A stretch of 64,000 nt of DNA, from assembly GCA_964016885.1 (NCBI GenBank), contig OZ024740.1, positions 330,522,001 to 330,586,000 of the forward strand. Direction: 5' to 3'. A model generated the notes under the pieces. That model had not been told where the DNA came from and did no database searches. It saw nothing but the letters and a program-made list of their open reading frames with translations. The translations under genes were made by a program, and so were the position numbers. The stretch comes from Eledone cirrhosa. Its lineage: Eukaryota. Shown here piece by piece: positions 27,385 through 46,598 of the stretch (position 1 is its first letter; every line of letters starts with the position of its first letter).

Positions 27385-27930
27385 GGAGGTGACTCAACGC
27401 CTCGGCTTCAGCATGTGTGACACAAATGCCGTTCTAGGCTGTCGTTGATTGGTCTGCACCCACTGCCATGCCGCCACAGAGCAGTCCGGTACAAGGTCCT
27501 GCAGTGCAGAAGAGAGGAAGACAAGCAAGTCCAGGCGCTAGTCCGGTCACTTCCACTTCGCACCGGTCACCGTCGAGACCTCAGGCGTGTTGACCCCTTA
27601 TTGCCGAGTCCCTCTCTAAAATCGGAACGTCAGCAACCCGTCTGATGATGGAGCCCTGCGAGGTGCGGTGGGTGTTGCAGAGGGTGTCGCGGCTCATTGT
27701 CCGCAGAAATGCTTCTGCCGTTTTTTTCCCGTGGTGTGCAGTCAAAACATCCCCCTGCCCAAGGCCTAACACCCTCTCCCCTTCCTTCCGTGACTTAGTA
27801 GGACTTGCTTTCCCCCACCTTTTCTTCTCATTTGTGGCATTTATAGTCCTTTCCTCTACTGTCCTATACAGTCAGATCTGCCCTCCTTTACCCTACCACC
27901 CTCTTTTCATTACTTAATATTGTTTTTATC
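27385..27930 (+). other. GC-rich interspersed repeat remnant, possibly L1/Tx1-type ORF1
   Basis: Composition shift and faint similarity to a zinc-knuckle region; not decisive. Confidence 0.25.
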
Positions 27931-30900
27931 CTTTTTTGGTGTTCCCTTTCTCTATCTGTGTACACCTATTTCCCTTGCCGCTCCCCCTCTCTCTATATAG
28001 ATGTGGGTGAAATCGTAACATCCTGTCTAACGCCCTCTTTCTGTCACCTCGAAAACAAACGGCGATCCCTTTCCCTCTCTATCTATGTACATCTCTCATT
28101 TAGCACTCCCTCTCTCTATATAAAATGAGCGTGATAGACGGACAGACAGTGCTATTATTATAGCTGATAGAAATAAAATGTTCATGTGATTCTTTAGATG
28201 ATATACAGCCTTCTATTGAAAAATCAGTTCGGCTTAAATATCGGTTAAATTTATTTATCATTTCATTAACTGAGATTTTACATGTTTATATACAAAAGCA
28301 TATGTTGATAGTGATTGACACACTCTCGTGAACCGCTATTTTATATTTATATAGCTCTTCGAATTACTGGTAACACATATTTTTTCCAGCTGCTTAGATA
28401 AGTGCAACGTGAAAAAAGATTGTCTTGCTCAAGCACACAACGCCATGTCTCCTAACAACTAAGCAACGCACCTTCACACAGTAATATGGTATATAATTGT
28501 TTCTACTTTCGGCACAAGGCCAGTAATTATACAGTACATTGCTGGTACTTTATTTTATCGACCCCGTAAAGATGAAAGGCAAAGTTAACCTTGGCGGGAT
28601 TTGAACTCAGATCATAAAAGGCCGTAACTCTATACTGCAAAGCATGCTGTCCGACTCTCTACCGATACTGTCGGGCTTGATGAAGGGCCAATAAGTAGTA
28701 AAAGCCGGTTAAATGTGTTTATCGTTTCTTTTCAATTTACAAGTAAATATGCATTTGTTCTCATTATGTGTCTATGTGCTATATGGTAGATTTTACACCG
28801 TAGAGTAGATTTCATAACCCTACTGCACTAGGTAAACACTTCGGGACTACTTGTAAATGCAATAATATAACGTCTATAATGATCCCCAATAGTGGTTTTG
28901 GTACAAAAAATATTTTAAAACAGCCTTTTATTACTACTGGTTACGCGAATACTGAATTGTTTACAGTGCTTCTTTGAATATTATTATCTACGGGGTAAAT
29001 TAGTGCCGGGGCAAAATCTGGAAGATTGATCCTGAAGATATTATCTAAACTTTAAATATGATTGTGATCAATCTTTTGCCGGGGATGTAGCCAGCAGTAA
29101 CCAAGAGGTCAAACTCCTCGACATGTCTGGGCGATCGGAATATATTTTCATATAATTTATTGGACGTACTGGCGAGTTTCGACATTTGGGCTTGCAACGA
29201 TATATATCTCAAGAGTATTGGTCGATAAGATTACATTAAGGCGAGGTACAATCTCTGCACTAGCTAATAATAACTGTTAAAAATAAATTCACATAAAATT
29301 ATAAAATAATTTATAATGTAAAATTACATATGGAAAAATGCCTTCCCTGCAATAGACCCACAGTCGAAATAGATGCACTCTTGAAAACGTTAAGCAATGT
29401 GTCTAAATAGATGCACTTCAAACCACCTTGACTCAAATCAGGGCCCTTACTGTAAATAATGCTACCTCTCCTACATAAAACACCACTACTTGACTCTATC
29501 CAAATTAATCCATACTTCACTTAACAGTGTATTATTCGATTAGATCTTTACCAATGTAAATATAGTATATATGGGTATGAGTGTCATTTAATATATATGC
29601 ACCTGTGTGCATAAAGTTATACATGTATATATACGCGGAATATTTACCAGGAATAGAGGGATCTTGATGAACTATGCCTTCCGACGAATTACATCAAGTA
29701 CAGTGGAGGAAATTAAGTTGTCTAAGTCCAATATCGGGACATTCCCCGATGAAATGTTTAATATAGAAAATATGGAGAACCTCAAGGGGAGTTTCCGGCA
29801 AAGGAATATACGAAGCAATTTCAAGGATCCAATAACGCTTGGGATATTCCCTTTGCTCTTATGAAAAAGAAAATTGAATATCCCCTTCCCATATTGTAAT
29901 TTATACAACATGGTGGAGGTTAAGTTAATATTTCTATTAAGTGACAAGTCTCGTAAAGATTATTGTCATTTATTTAGTTTCCAACATTAAATAGCGCAAT
30001 GTTTTTACTGAATTATTATTTTGAAACATCATTTGAACGAATATACTTATTTGGGAATAATATTCTTGTAAGATATGTCGATTCCAAATAAAAAATATCA
30101 AGATTTCATTGTGCTCCAGTCTTTACCAAAATATTTGTTTTGATAGGTATATTAAATTTGTATAGAAATTGTCTCTACGACATTCATTCAAATCTGATTT
30201 TGTTAATTCCACAGATATTTGCTGAACTAGCAATATCGAGTAGAGTACCGTACGTTATTTCCACATGATAATGTGGTTTATTCACTTGTGATGTGCAATA
30301 ATAAATTAATATGGAAATAAATCATGATTTATTTTATTAAGTTCTATATGTTTAGCAATATTTGTCTCAATTCGAGTTCCTCAATAATAGTTATAAACTA
30401 TAATCTCATACAACACAGACGTAGTCTTTCGTTCTAGAAATAAAATAAAACAGAGCCAAATGTAACATATATAGCCATTTTAAAGTAACATAAAACAAAC
30501 AAAATAAAATCGTTCAATTAGTAAACGAGACACTTCTTTTACCGTAGAAATTAATTATATGACATTTGGATTTTATTTCAAAGTTCTCTCCAGAAAAGAG
30601 GCTTTCATAGTCACGTCTGCATTATTTGATTAGAAACTATATTAAATTCTGAGAGATAACACCATTGAAATTGTGCCAACATGATTAAGATCACATGTAA
30701 AAAGGAATACGGAACTTAAATCTTTAATTTATAATATAAATCTTCCTTATCATAAAATTTGTAAGTGAAAATATATTAAAACGACATACTAAAAATATTC
30801 GAGAAACGTATTAAGAACCGTTGCATAATACATATCTTTTAGTAATTCCATTAAATAATGTAGCAAGTAATGTAATAATAACTTTCTTCATACAATTTCG

Positions 30901-31088
30901 TAATAATTTGCATGTGAATAATGAAAGATCCCAGATCATTGTGACAATCTACAAAGTATAAATAACATGATTAGAATTTACACATGTAGAAAAAGAAATA
31001 TTTTTCAAAAACATCCCAATTCGCAGCAAAAAATTGATTTAAAACTCCAGAAATATGCATATGTAACCGTGAGGCATCTTCGTACTAA

Positions 31089-31608
<520 letters not shown>

Positions 31609-31618
31609 CATATATATA

Positions 31619-31664
<46 letters not shown>

Positions 31665-31688
31665 TTAAAAATAAACATAAAAATAAAC

Positions 31689-31725
<37 letters not shown>

Positions 31726-31746
31726 TAAAGATACAAAATAAACATA

Positions 31747-31893
<147 letters not shown>

Positions 31894-32057
31894 TAGGTAA
31901 ATATACACGGGTGTGTATGATTGTGTATAGAAGATTATATTAATAAGAGGAATTCCAACTTTGTCTGATTTACTCGTTTTATTTACAATCCTTTAAAATA
32001 TATATAATGGTATTATAATGAAAAAGTATGATAGCATATTAAATTCTAAGTGTTAAT

Positions 32058-32096
32058 TGAACAAGTACTTTCATGCTTTCGCAATCTTCAGGTTCA
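32058..32096 (-). ncRNA. Minimal type I hammerhead ribozyme
   Basis: Reverse complement of the 32637-32675 motif. Confidence 0.9.
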
Positions 32097-32636
32097 TGAT
32101 ATGTGGTGACAGTCGAGTTTGCAATTTTCAACTGTAATGAGATGGGTAAATTTCCTACCTTTTATACATTTTATACAGAGAAAAGTGGCTCCAGAATGCA
32201 AAGCCCTGTAAACTGTATTTCGACCAATCAGTGTGTAGTTTCACTGAATTACTACAGCTGATTGGTTTAAGCGTCACGGCTGGTTGAGCATGCTAACGAC
32301 CAATAGTCATATCCAACGTATCAATTGTTTTGCTTTTTTGAAATGATGAAAATAGCATTTTCTATTAATAGAAAATGCTATTTTCATCATTTCAAAAAAG
32401 CAAAACAATTGATACGTTGGATATGACTATTGGTCGTTAGCATGCTCAACCAGCCGTGACGCTTAAACCAATCAGCTGTAGTAATTCAGTGAAACTACAC
32501 ACTGATTGGTCGAAATACAGTTTACAGGGCTTTGCATTCTGGAGCCACTTTTCTCTGTATAAAATGTATAAAAGGTAGGAAATTTACCCATCTCATTACA
32601 GTTGAAAATTGCAAACTCGACTGTCACCACATATCA

Positions 32637-32675
32637 TGAACCTGAAGATTGCGAAAGCATGAAAGTACTTGTTCA
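32637..32675 (+). ncRNA. Minimal type I hammerhead ribozyme
   Basis: TGAAC-CTGAAGA-TTGC(GAAA)GCAT-GAAA-GTAC-TT-GTTCA. Confidence 0.9.
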
Positions 32676-33070
32676 ATTAACACTTAGAATTTAATATTCT
32701 ATCATACTATTTCATTATAATACCATTATATATATTTTAAAGGATTGTAAATAAAACGAGTAAATCAGACAAAGTTGGAATTCCTCTTATTAATATATAT
32801 ATATATATATATATATTATGTTTATTTTGTTTATTTTCAATTTTGTTTGTTCTCCTTTCCTTTTTTTATAAATGTCTTTCCACCTCTCATCTACACACCC
32901 TCGGAACTCTCTTCCTACCCAATTTTCTCCTGAAGAAGGGATTATGCTAGAAACGCGCCCCTCCACACACACACACTCTCAAGAGCGTGAACCTAATAAA
33001 CCTTTATTTGTCTGCCTCTCTGTTTTTGTTCCCGTCTAACGTTTCACTATATCTATATATATATATATAA

Positions 33071-33160
<90 letters not shown>

Positions 33161-33165
33161 AGTCG

Positions 33166-33241
<76 letters not shown>

Positions 33242-35703
33242 GTATGTATTTACGTGTGTATTAACACTGCGTTTTGAAATTTACCCATCGTCAGCGATCA
33301 GATAACTGAATAATATGCTGTGTACTCGTTTAACGAAGAGCAAATACGGGCATCTTCCCGTGATCTGCTTACATGCTATCGGCTAAATCTGTCTAGAATT
33401 ACGTCATACAACCCTTAAGGAGTAATGCATATGATAATACAGATGCAATTAATGGATTATGCAAAATATTATTGGCTGACTATTACAAGAAGTAGTGTCC
33501 ATACCATAAATTTATGTGACTCGACATGTGACAAAATATCAACACCAATAACACACTTGGAATGAATGTAACTTACTACATAATTCTGTGATACACATGA
33601 AATATGCCTTCAATATCTGACGGAATGGAGCGTCAATTGAAAACTGTACTTGGACATATACATAAAAGAAGGTGAATGCATGAAGACAGTAACAGCTTGC
33701 TTCATCTGATAGTTCTAATAGTCTCAGACTTTCTGAGATTTATTCAACAGGTGGTATTACGTCGGTGGACAAGAAAATATTATCAGGCAACATCATATCT
33801 AACTATAGAATTAAAATACATACCAGACAAATTCAAATGCATCTACTCAAATATTAAAAACGAACATTTAGTTATAAATGTTGATGGATTTTTTAACGAA
33901 TATACTCAATGCCACTTCCCCTTACATGTTTTTCTTACGTTATATTGAAGTTTGTATTCCAGTATGTTTAACACAATCTAGAATGAGTTATATTATTTTT
34001 AAGTTCCACATTTAAACATGAAAAGAGTTACCTGTGGAATGTTTATCCTCCTTAATTCTCAAACAACCTTTTTATCAACGAAGTATTAATTGAATGAAGA
34101 ATATGTCCATGGATAATATTTGCAATCGAATTAAACAATTATTCATTAAAGAAATGAGGGATTCTAGAATTGTAACAATAGGTTCCCGTCTATGTGCAAA
34201 AATAATAACTTTGAAAATGCGGCATTTTTTTACGGGATTGGTAAATATTCCGAGGAATATATGCAGTTACCAATATCAGTTTTTTATTGCTTTAGCTTAA
34301 AGGGATTGATCATATCTGTAGCTTTAGTAAGGTCTCCGAGTTTAGTGAAATCAACAACATAACATTTCATTTAGATAGTTGCCAACTGCAGGGAAAACAT
34401 CCGCAATTATAGATTTTTTTTGAGGCGAGGAAGTTTCTTAAGAGAATAGACTAGGACAAATTTACTTACGGCAGAATAACATGAGACGTGTGGAGAAGAG
34501 ACTACTGAATCTGGCACGAATATTAGTCTGAGTGGAAACGAGATGGGAGCAGTATTCTTATGTATATTTTGATTTGTCTTAGTAAATATGTTACAGTTTA
34601 GTTTGGGTGACCTCTCATATATACTAAGCCCAAGAAAAGGCCGATGAACAAAATGCATTTTCTGACATAGGGCGAATGTAAGATTGCTTGTCGAATTATC
34701 ATTTTAATAGCATGCAAATATGTTTTTATATTGACACATTAACAATCAATTAGTTAAAGATGCGAGTTGTGAACCACTTGATTGACTGACTGGCTTCAAA
34801 TGTTCCTTCATACTTGAAATGCTTCGGGTAGTATATCCCGCCATAAAGCCTTGGCCAGTAGTGTGGCGATTGTATCGCACTGGATAACTTTATACAGAAA
34901 ATGAAGCAGAACACCAGAGTCATCGAATCCCGGCATGTGCAAACGCTACAATAAATACTAGCCGTCTGGTTAAGCAATTACATAATGCGGCATTTACTAT
35001 CTGATCGGCCCTTGCAATGCAAAAATAAGTGTTTCAATGAAATTGAGTGGATAATTTAACATTAGTTTAGTAAATAAATGATTAAAATAAATATTTTTGG
35101 GATATGCTGAGGTCTAACAGGAGATGGAAGTAGTTTTTGTTGACATTATCAAAATCTGCTAATACTGGCAAAAATCCAATATTTTGAGAGGAGTGAATGT
35201 TGATAAAATCGAGTCTCGTGTTTAACTTGTAATTTATCGAACGGAAGGGTGAAAGGCAAAGTTGACGTCGGCGGGACTTGAACTCACCGTGTAATGAATG
35301 GCAGCTAAATGCAACAACTTATTGACATTCTTGCTAACAATTCTTTCAATTCATCATATTCAGAGGGGAAATAATGTGCCCGGAGAGATGATGTCTTTTA
35401 CTATGTCAATCAACCATCGACAAATAAGAATAACATTTACAACACTTCATATCCAGCTGACTTGAATATGGCTACTACACATTCGATAATGTATTCGAAC
35501 AAACTACTGAAAAGACCGGATAACCATGCCTACAATATTTTGTTTAATATTGGCTTGGTTAGATGCGACATGGCGCTCTAAACAATCGTGCATTGTATTC
35601 AAATATCTTATGTTACACATGAAATGTTATATTTATATAAATATATATATAACATTTCATATATAAAAATGTGTGTGCGTGTGTGTGGGTGTGTATATAT
35701 ATG

Positions 35704-35735
<32 letters not shown>

Positions 35736-36600
35736 TGCGTATATGAGTGTGCGTATGAATGTGTGTGCGTATTTGTGCGTATCATGCATCAATCAATGTA
35801 TGTATGTGTCATTTACTGCGTAATTTCAGCCAGACAACTACAACAAATCTGCGAGTGATGGATTGGCAGATTCGGTAAAGGGTCGGGCACCATGCATTAG
35901 AACATACTGTTACGGCCCTTTCAGGTCTGGGTTTATATCCCGCCGAGGTTAACTATGCCTTTCATCCTTACGGGTGTTGGTAAAATAATGCGCTGGTGTA
36001 ATAGCTGGCCTTGTGCCAAAAGTAGAAACAGATATTATTTGCAAGGCAACTAGCAAAAATCTATCTTCATTTGAAATTTAATATATTTCCAGGCATGTAT
36101 AGCCAAGAAAATATATCACATATTATTTTCCATCCCAATTTCAAGACTTCATTTACGAGAAACTCATTATATTTTCAATTATCGCTACCAAGTTTAGATG
36201 TTTTCACCATTAAAAACTCATTCAATAAAAAAAGGCAAAGAAACAGATTTAATAAGCATTAAAAATGGTAGGTTATTCTTATGCATATATGAACTAATTT
36301 TAAATATAGGATAAAAGTGATATATATTTCGAAACATTCTAATTTTTCACACAGGATATATCTATAATTATATCTATCTAATATATTTGTCATCCTTTAT
36401 GTTTTTCTCCTTGTTTCTAGCTCTCTTGACATCCCTATCTCTCCCACTCTCTCTCTCTATGATATATATATACGCATGTACCTGTGCGTACTTGTGTGTG
36501 AGTATATGTAAGCGTATTACACCATATATCGGAAATCCATTAGGTAAATTGGAAAAGTAAAAGCTAAGACTGTAATACATCGTATGAGTATAACCGTTAA

Positions 36601-36728
<128 letters not shown>

Positions 36729-37045
36729 ATAAAGAGGGAGATATATGTAGATGTATAAATATATAGATGACAGTTAGAGAGCTAGAGAGATTTGATATTT
36801 TTCCTCACACAAAATACATGCTTCATAATAAATCGTTGGATATCATTTGAAATTTTATGTAAACACGTTACATTTCCACGGGGAAAATGAAAAATATTTT
36901 TTCAATAGAAAATGACAACTTATAGGATTGTAATGATCTAAATTGTAGTTCAGAAACAAGAATATTTAAAATCCTAAATTATTGTTTTAATTCCATTTGT
37001 TGAGAACTTACGTTTCGGAGAATCAATGACATTTATGTAGTCTGA

Positions 37046-37077
<32 letters not shown>

Positions 37078-37109
37078 AATTTCCAATAGCTGAAATACGA
37101 TTCTCGCTA

Positions 37110-37155
<46 letters not shown>

Positions 37156-38084
37156 GAAATATTTTATTCAAATTTTCGACAGTAAAATCCTAGAAGCTCG
37201 CATGCTACACCAGGAAGATCACGTGAATTTTCTAAATTAAATATTTACATATTTTAATCTTACTATTGTTAACACCACCTCCGTTGACATACATATTGAA
37301 TACTTCTCTGTACGGATTTATGCTTTCTGCTTTTATGAACAGAGAGAAACGTAAATTTAATTCATTAGCAAGGGAATAAATGTCATAATACTATGAATAC
37401 AATGTGCTGTGCAATATTCATAAATATAACGGAATTGATGAGCCTGCCATTTGGCATCGATATTTCAATAATGAATATAATAAACTTCCAGGTATTCTCT
37501 ACGACCTTCTGCTTATGTATAACCATTAAGTTAAGAAAAAATGAATCAGTGCTGATTTGAAGTGAATAAAAGAGATTCGACAGTAAACAATTCCCAGGAA
37601 AGTTGTTAGAGCATGTTTAAATGCAAAATTGCAGAAATGTATAGCCGTAAATCTACCCAAACTAACACAATAGGTAAGGAGATTATCTTACGTTAACCAC
37701 AATATATATGCCCATGCTAGTGAATCCACTGGAATAATAATTACTAAATGTGTATTACATTAGAAGGAATATCAACATAGAAATTTTAATTATATTTTAC
37801 TGTAGCGCAGGAATATATCAATTTTTCAACTCTAAATATCTTGTCGTTTCTATAATTATATAGAAATATTAAATATAGTTCACAGTATGTTTCCTAATCA
37901 ACTATTATAGCAAATTAACGAAATTTCAATACAAAAGAAATAGGCAAGCATGACAAAGTAAAGGTTGTTATAATAATTCTTCAGCTGGTGGTTATGTAAT
38001 TAAGTATATATCTTCGTATTATAATTGCGAATTGCGATATTTGAAAACAAAATCATATGGGGATTTCAAAACAAAAATGCGATA

Positions 38085-38144
<60 letters not shown>

Positions 38145-38171
38145 GTATGTGTGCGTGTGTGTGTATTTGCA

Positions 38172-38277
<106 letters not shown>

Positions 38278-40220
38278 AAACATTGTTTATTATTTACAAC
38301 ATAGGAATAGGGTTGAGTTATTTGGCTACCGTCGCCATAACTATGTTCTAGTTATACAAAATGAAAGTGTACAGACATCATCCAAATATACATGTCTGAT
38401 GCATGAGATATTTAATTACTGTAACTTTTATTGTGCTTCAGCTTCTTAAGTCGTTGTATTTATTGCTAAGTAACTTTCCGATTATATTCGACCACGTAAC
38501 ATCTCAAACAACATGTGATGGAGAAAACCACTGTATGAGATATTTTACAGACAGTATGTAAACGCCGGTCGGAATAATGTCGCTGCTTTGGCTGAGAAGA
38601 CAATTTGTCACAATTGTCTACACATTCGTGTGCTTGGGTGGTTGTATTGGTCATTTAGCAGCAGACGATGTTTGTTACAATCTTGCTGGCAATGAAAGTC
38701 ATGGACACTAAAATTCCATCTCTGAATAGATGATAAAACTAAGATCAGGCAGAATCTATTTCGATATGTTCTTATGGACATCTTCTTAAGAACAGTGTAT
38801 TTAATGACATGTTTCTTTAAAATCATTTATGAAGGCTAGATATACATACTCTACTTACCTTATCCAAATACACATGAGATGTTTTTTTCCGCTTTATTTT
38901 ACAATAATCATTATACATTCCTAAGAAGGAAATTTAACATTATTTATAATATAGAATATGTTTCATATCTACATGTGATACAAATATAATTACAAACAAT
39001 ATTCGGAGTCAGTTATGACTTAATTATACTGTTTTAAGGTACGCAATTCTCTTGCAGTGTAACTTGTATGAAAATCAAATAAAACATTCTTGATACGCTA
39101 TCTGCGTTGTTTTATTTTCATTGGGTTGAAAGCCAAATATTAGTTACGTAGACAATCTCCATGGATAAGAGTATTCATACACCTATCGTAGTAAAACACG
39201 CGATAGAGCGTTGTACTAAATAGGTTACATTATTAAATTTGGAATATTTTTTCTTGCCCATTTTTTTAGTGTGAGTTGGGTCGATAAATGCATGAATTGT
39301 ATATTGCAGTCAATTCACTCAACTATCATTCAGCTAAATATGAGCACTGCACCAATGTTATTATCTATATATACCAAGGTCAAAGGAAACCAATATGATA
39401 TTTGCAACAAAAATAAAATAATAATAAAAATTAAAAACAAATAAAAGGATTCTCAAATAAATCACTTATATTCTTCTCTTCCGATACAAACGAAAGCTTA
39501 TATATATTCTTTCATGTTATCTTGCACTATTCAGTTTGAGTTCCTACTTATTGATATGCAGTGCAACTGATATCAATGAATATTTCACAGAATGAAAGAG
39601 AGAGTAAAGTATAATGTATCGATTCCAATACATTATTCAGTTGTAGCCTGTGTTGGCTAGCTGCAGGTCATATTTAGTGTAGCAGTTATATGATCAGAAG
39701 CATTCCATCAATGATCAACCAAAATGGAATGAGACATAGTGTAACAACGACTAAGCGTGTGCATATAAAGTGAGACTAACGAGTTGTTTGGTGCTTATAT
39801 TTAGTTAGTTGATCGACAACTTAAAAAAAATGTTAGCGTTGTCTAACTAGGTTTTCTTTTAACTTTGGTCAAAGGTATAAAATTTGTGTTAAATTGGATG
39901 CATTTGACAATGTCACGGGACATAGGACACAGGAAAATTTACGTTACAGTCAATTCTTTAAGTGTTAATAATATACTCTAAAATTTCCTCATCAGCTAAG
40001 TGTTTGTTTCTTTAGATCCTCTAAGAGAAATTAAGCATATTGAAATCTACGTTCGATTCAGAAAATAGAGATGACTTATTAATATGAAATTGCCATAATC
40101 CATGAGGCCCAGCAGTTTTGCAAGAGATATGGATATGAATGGACTTGTTATTTTTATCTAAAGGCATGTTTTCCAATTTCAACCCGCCCGTCCCCTCAAT
40201 CTATCTTATTTCTCATTCTT

Positions 40221-40256
40221 TCTTCTGATGAAGGACTAGCGTCCGAAATATTAAGA
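40221..40256 (+). ncRNA. Minimal type I hammerhead ribozyme in solo pLTR remnant 40170-40340
   Basis: TCTT-CTGATGA-A-GGAC(TAGC)GTCC-GAAA-TA-TT-AAGA. Confidence 0.85.
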
Positions 40257-40337
40257 CCCTCTTCCTGCTATATCAAGCGTTAACCTAATATATCTCTTCC
40301 CTATACTGTACCGATTGGGTTGTTATTTCTGTTTACC

Positions 40338-40399
<62 letters not shown>

Positions 40400-40404
40400 A
40401 CACT

Positions 40405-40452
<48 letters not shown>

Positions 40453-40484
40453 TAGATAGATATATAGATAAATAGATAGATATG

Positions 40485-40922
40485 TTTCTTTTATTTGCCA
40501 CAAGGGCATCAAAAGTGGGACAAGTACAATGGGGGGAGTTTACAAAACAAGGCGTCCTCAATAGGGAGGAGGCAATAACAATATATAAAAATAAAATAAA
40601 ATATAACAAAAAATAGAATTATAACAAAATCCGCAATAGAGGATTTTGTTATAAAATATAACAACAAATAAAATTCATAACAAAATCCTCAATAGAGAGG
40701 AGGCGCCTTGGGGGGTCGCACACACCCCCGAAAAAAGTGTGCAACCCTTTTCCTCAGGAGCACAGAGAGGGGGTGCTCCCTCGTTCCTTCCTCTTTTCCA
40801 CCTACAGGCTCATGTAAAGAGAAGGCCCATTAACACGGGCCATTCTCGCCACTTTCACCCACCTTTCATAAAAACGACTGGGGTGCAGCACCTCTCTCGG
40901 CATCCTGATCCTTCTTCCGAAA
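40485..40922 (-). mobile_element. 3' end of a probable L1/Tx1-clade LINE in a (GATA)n tract
   Basis: Minus strand reads RRIRMPREVLHPSRFYERWVKVARMARVNGPSLYMSL*, then a 3' UTR; (TAGA)n on both sides. Confidence 0.55.
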
Positions 40923-40965
40923 TGATAGATAGATAGATAGATAGATAGACGGCTAGATAGATGGC

Positions 40966-41007
<42 letters not shown>

Positions 41008-41024
41008 TATAGATAGTTAGATAA

Positions 41025-41066
<42 letters not shown>

Positions 41067-41170
41067 TGTTTCTACTTTTGGCACAAGGCCAGCAATTACC
41101 CAATGCATTACTGGTACTTTATTCTATCGACCCCGGAAGGATGAAAGGCAAAGTTAACTTCGGCGGGATT

Positions 41171-41217
<47 letters not shown>

Positions 41218-41419
41218 GAAGTTGCAGCTGTGTCTAGTTGGTTCCCTATAAAATATATATAATTATTTTTTGAATTTGTTTTGCGAGGTTTCTTATCTGA
41301 AAACGTGTGTTGAAACAGATATTGTTATACTTTGGGAGTTCATGTTGCCAATAAAAACACAAGCATCCGTTATTTTTCACTTCAATTTATTATAAATTTC
41401 CGGTTGGTTGGTTCGATAG

Positions 41420-44060
<2,641 letters not shown>

Positions 44061-44389
44061 CCCTGGCACTCCGTTACTTCGAAATATAGTGGATCCTGAT
44101 TGAACACCATTAACCAGTGTACATACTCAGTCATCATGTGTTGATTATATGACTGTACGTTGCTTTTACAACACTAAATATAGACAGTGTTAGATGGATC
44201 AGAATCGCGACAAAAATGTCAAATATATCCCCGCATCCTTATAAAACATACATACACACATAATTACACACACACACAGACACAGAGACTCACACGCACA
44301 CGGTCACGCCCCAATATATATATATATATATATATAATAACTCATAACTTCTCCTTGGATAACCTTAAACGATACCTCGTTTACTCTGA

Positions 44390-44430
<41 letters not shown>

Positions 44431-46535
44431 CTGATCACAAATAGGTAAAGTAAATAAACGTCCCTACATAAACCGAGGCAAACAGATTTCAGAACTTATC
44501 TTTATATTTTCTTCTTAATTCTCAAAATAGTTTCATGTGAAATGTTGTGAGTCTGTCATTATACTAAAGTCTATTGAAATTAAACTGATTGCGCGCAACG
44601 AATTAAAATTATTCTTAAAACACGGGTTTTTGTTTTTTTTTGTTTTGTTTTTTATTTTATGTGAATATTATATTTATATAATAATTCTTTTACAATTCAT
44701 CCAAAATGATTATCTCATTATTTTTCGTATAAAGCATGCTAATGAAATATTTGTTCACCTATTCACGATTATGCACTTATAAATATATATATATATATAT
44801 ACATATGCGTGTGTGGGGAAGTGCGTGTGGGTGGGTGAGTGTATGGGTGTGTGGGTGAATGTGTATATGTTTGTATACATGTGTGTGTGCGTGTACGTAT
44901 GTCTATGTCTATGTGTGTAGTGTATGATTAATTTGTTTGTCACAAACCTGTTCAAACAAATATGCATCTCTCAAGGAAACATTTCGTGACTGTACATTTC
45001 TTGACGTACAAGTTTTATTGCAAGTGCGCAGACCAAATCATTGCCATAAATACAAAGCCTGTTTATCGAAAACAACTAACAAATGAACATGATCGAGCAA
45101 TATCAATTTGGTGCAACAATAAACACCGTGAGCGTAAACATGTTATGCATATTGCAAACAATTTGTCCTGGTGCTACGTCGCGATTCATGGATGTAACTG
45201 TATATTAGAGGTGTGGCTGAAACTGATTCAACCTAATATATATTTACACATTATTTTTTAAGGGTTTGATTTCACATCGAATATATCATAACATACACTA
45301 TGTTTATATTTTCCTTTGTTATTCATCGCCATGCAGGCAGACATAAGATTAAGTTAATTCAGGCCATAAGAATCAGGTGTTATATTCTTCCAAGCAAAAT
45401 GTATCTATGTATTACAATAATAAATCTGTCGTTTCCGGTTTAGGACGGTAAATTATGTTATAAATGGAATATCAATAGGTCCTAGCTCTTACCACCATGA
45501 GCAGATTGTATTTCATAGTACATATAGAATGAAAGGCAAAGTGAATCTCAGAGAGTTATGAACTGAGAAAGCAGACCACTAAAACATGTTTAACGCAATA
45601 ATGACACTGTCTAATCGGTATCAATCTTAAGAATATAATAATGTACTTGATTGTAAATATTGAACTGAAGTCAAACAGGTTATAAAATATATACTTCTAT
45701 ATATATATAAGTGGATGGAGTATAAAGAGATATTTCAAAATATGTAGTGAGCTATTGATTAAAAGAAGTTGTTTTTGTCACTGCTATTATTTTTCTCTTT
45801 TCTTCCGCTGAGCTTCATGTCAGACCCGTTTAAATAAAGACCTAAAACAACTATTTCTAGTCTCATAAAATGTGCAATTTTCTAAGAGGGTACGGTGTAA
45901 TGTCTCTGAAATCTGTCTGCTGCTCCTAGAAGGCGTGTAAATATATCGAGACTAATTCAATGGATCGAATATAACATGTAGATATCGATGCTGTAATGCA
46001 AGAATAAAGAAACTTTAAGCACATTGAAATCGATGGTTCGTTTACAATGCAATATTTAAGTGATTTATTACGCATGATATAGATGTAAAATAAATGTATC
46101 TACTTCCGATTAAAATATGTGTATTTCAGTTGTACGTTCATTTGAAGAGGTTAGTTGGGAGACAGACATATACAGAAACATTACCAGATATGTTATCATT
46201 AGACCATGATGATGTTTGAGTAAAATATTTCAACACAGCATATGTTATCAACACAATCGCCCGACTTAAAGGAGATAGTAATGTGTTGTAACCGTATTGT
46301 TTTTAAAAGAGACATCTTGTATATTATATTTTCCTTAACAAATATGAATGACGTCATAATTCGTGCTGTGTCTCTTAGCAACATTTAATAGGTTGCGATG
46401 AAGGTCAAATATTTAACGCAGTATTAGGCGAGTCCTAAACACTGCTGAGCTAACTAAATAACAAAAATACAGAGATAGTAGCAGAATATATGTAATTGAC
46501 CATATTCGATAATAGAAACTAGTTATTGTTGAAAG

Positions 46536-46598
<63 letters not shown>

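Noticed and set aside
32925-32965. CTGAAGA...GAAA-CGCG motif
   Set aside because: No UH triplet or stem I after CGCG; at most a decayed pLTR.
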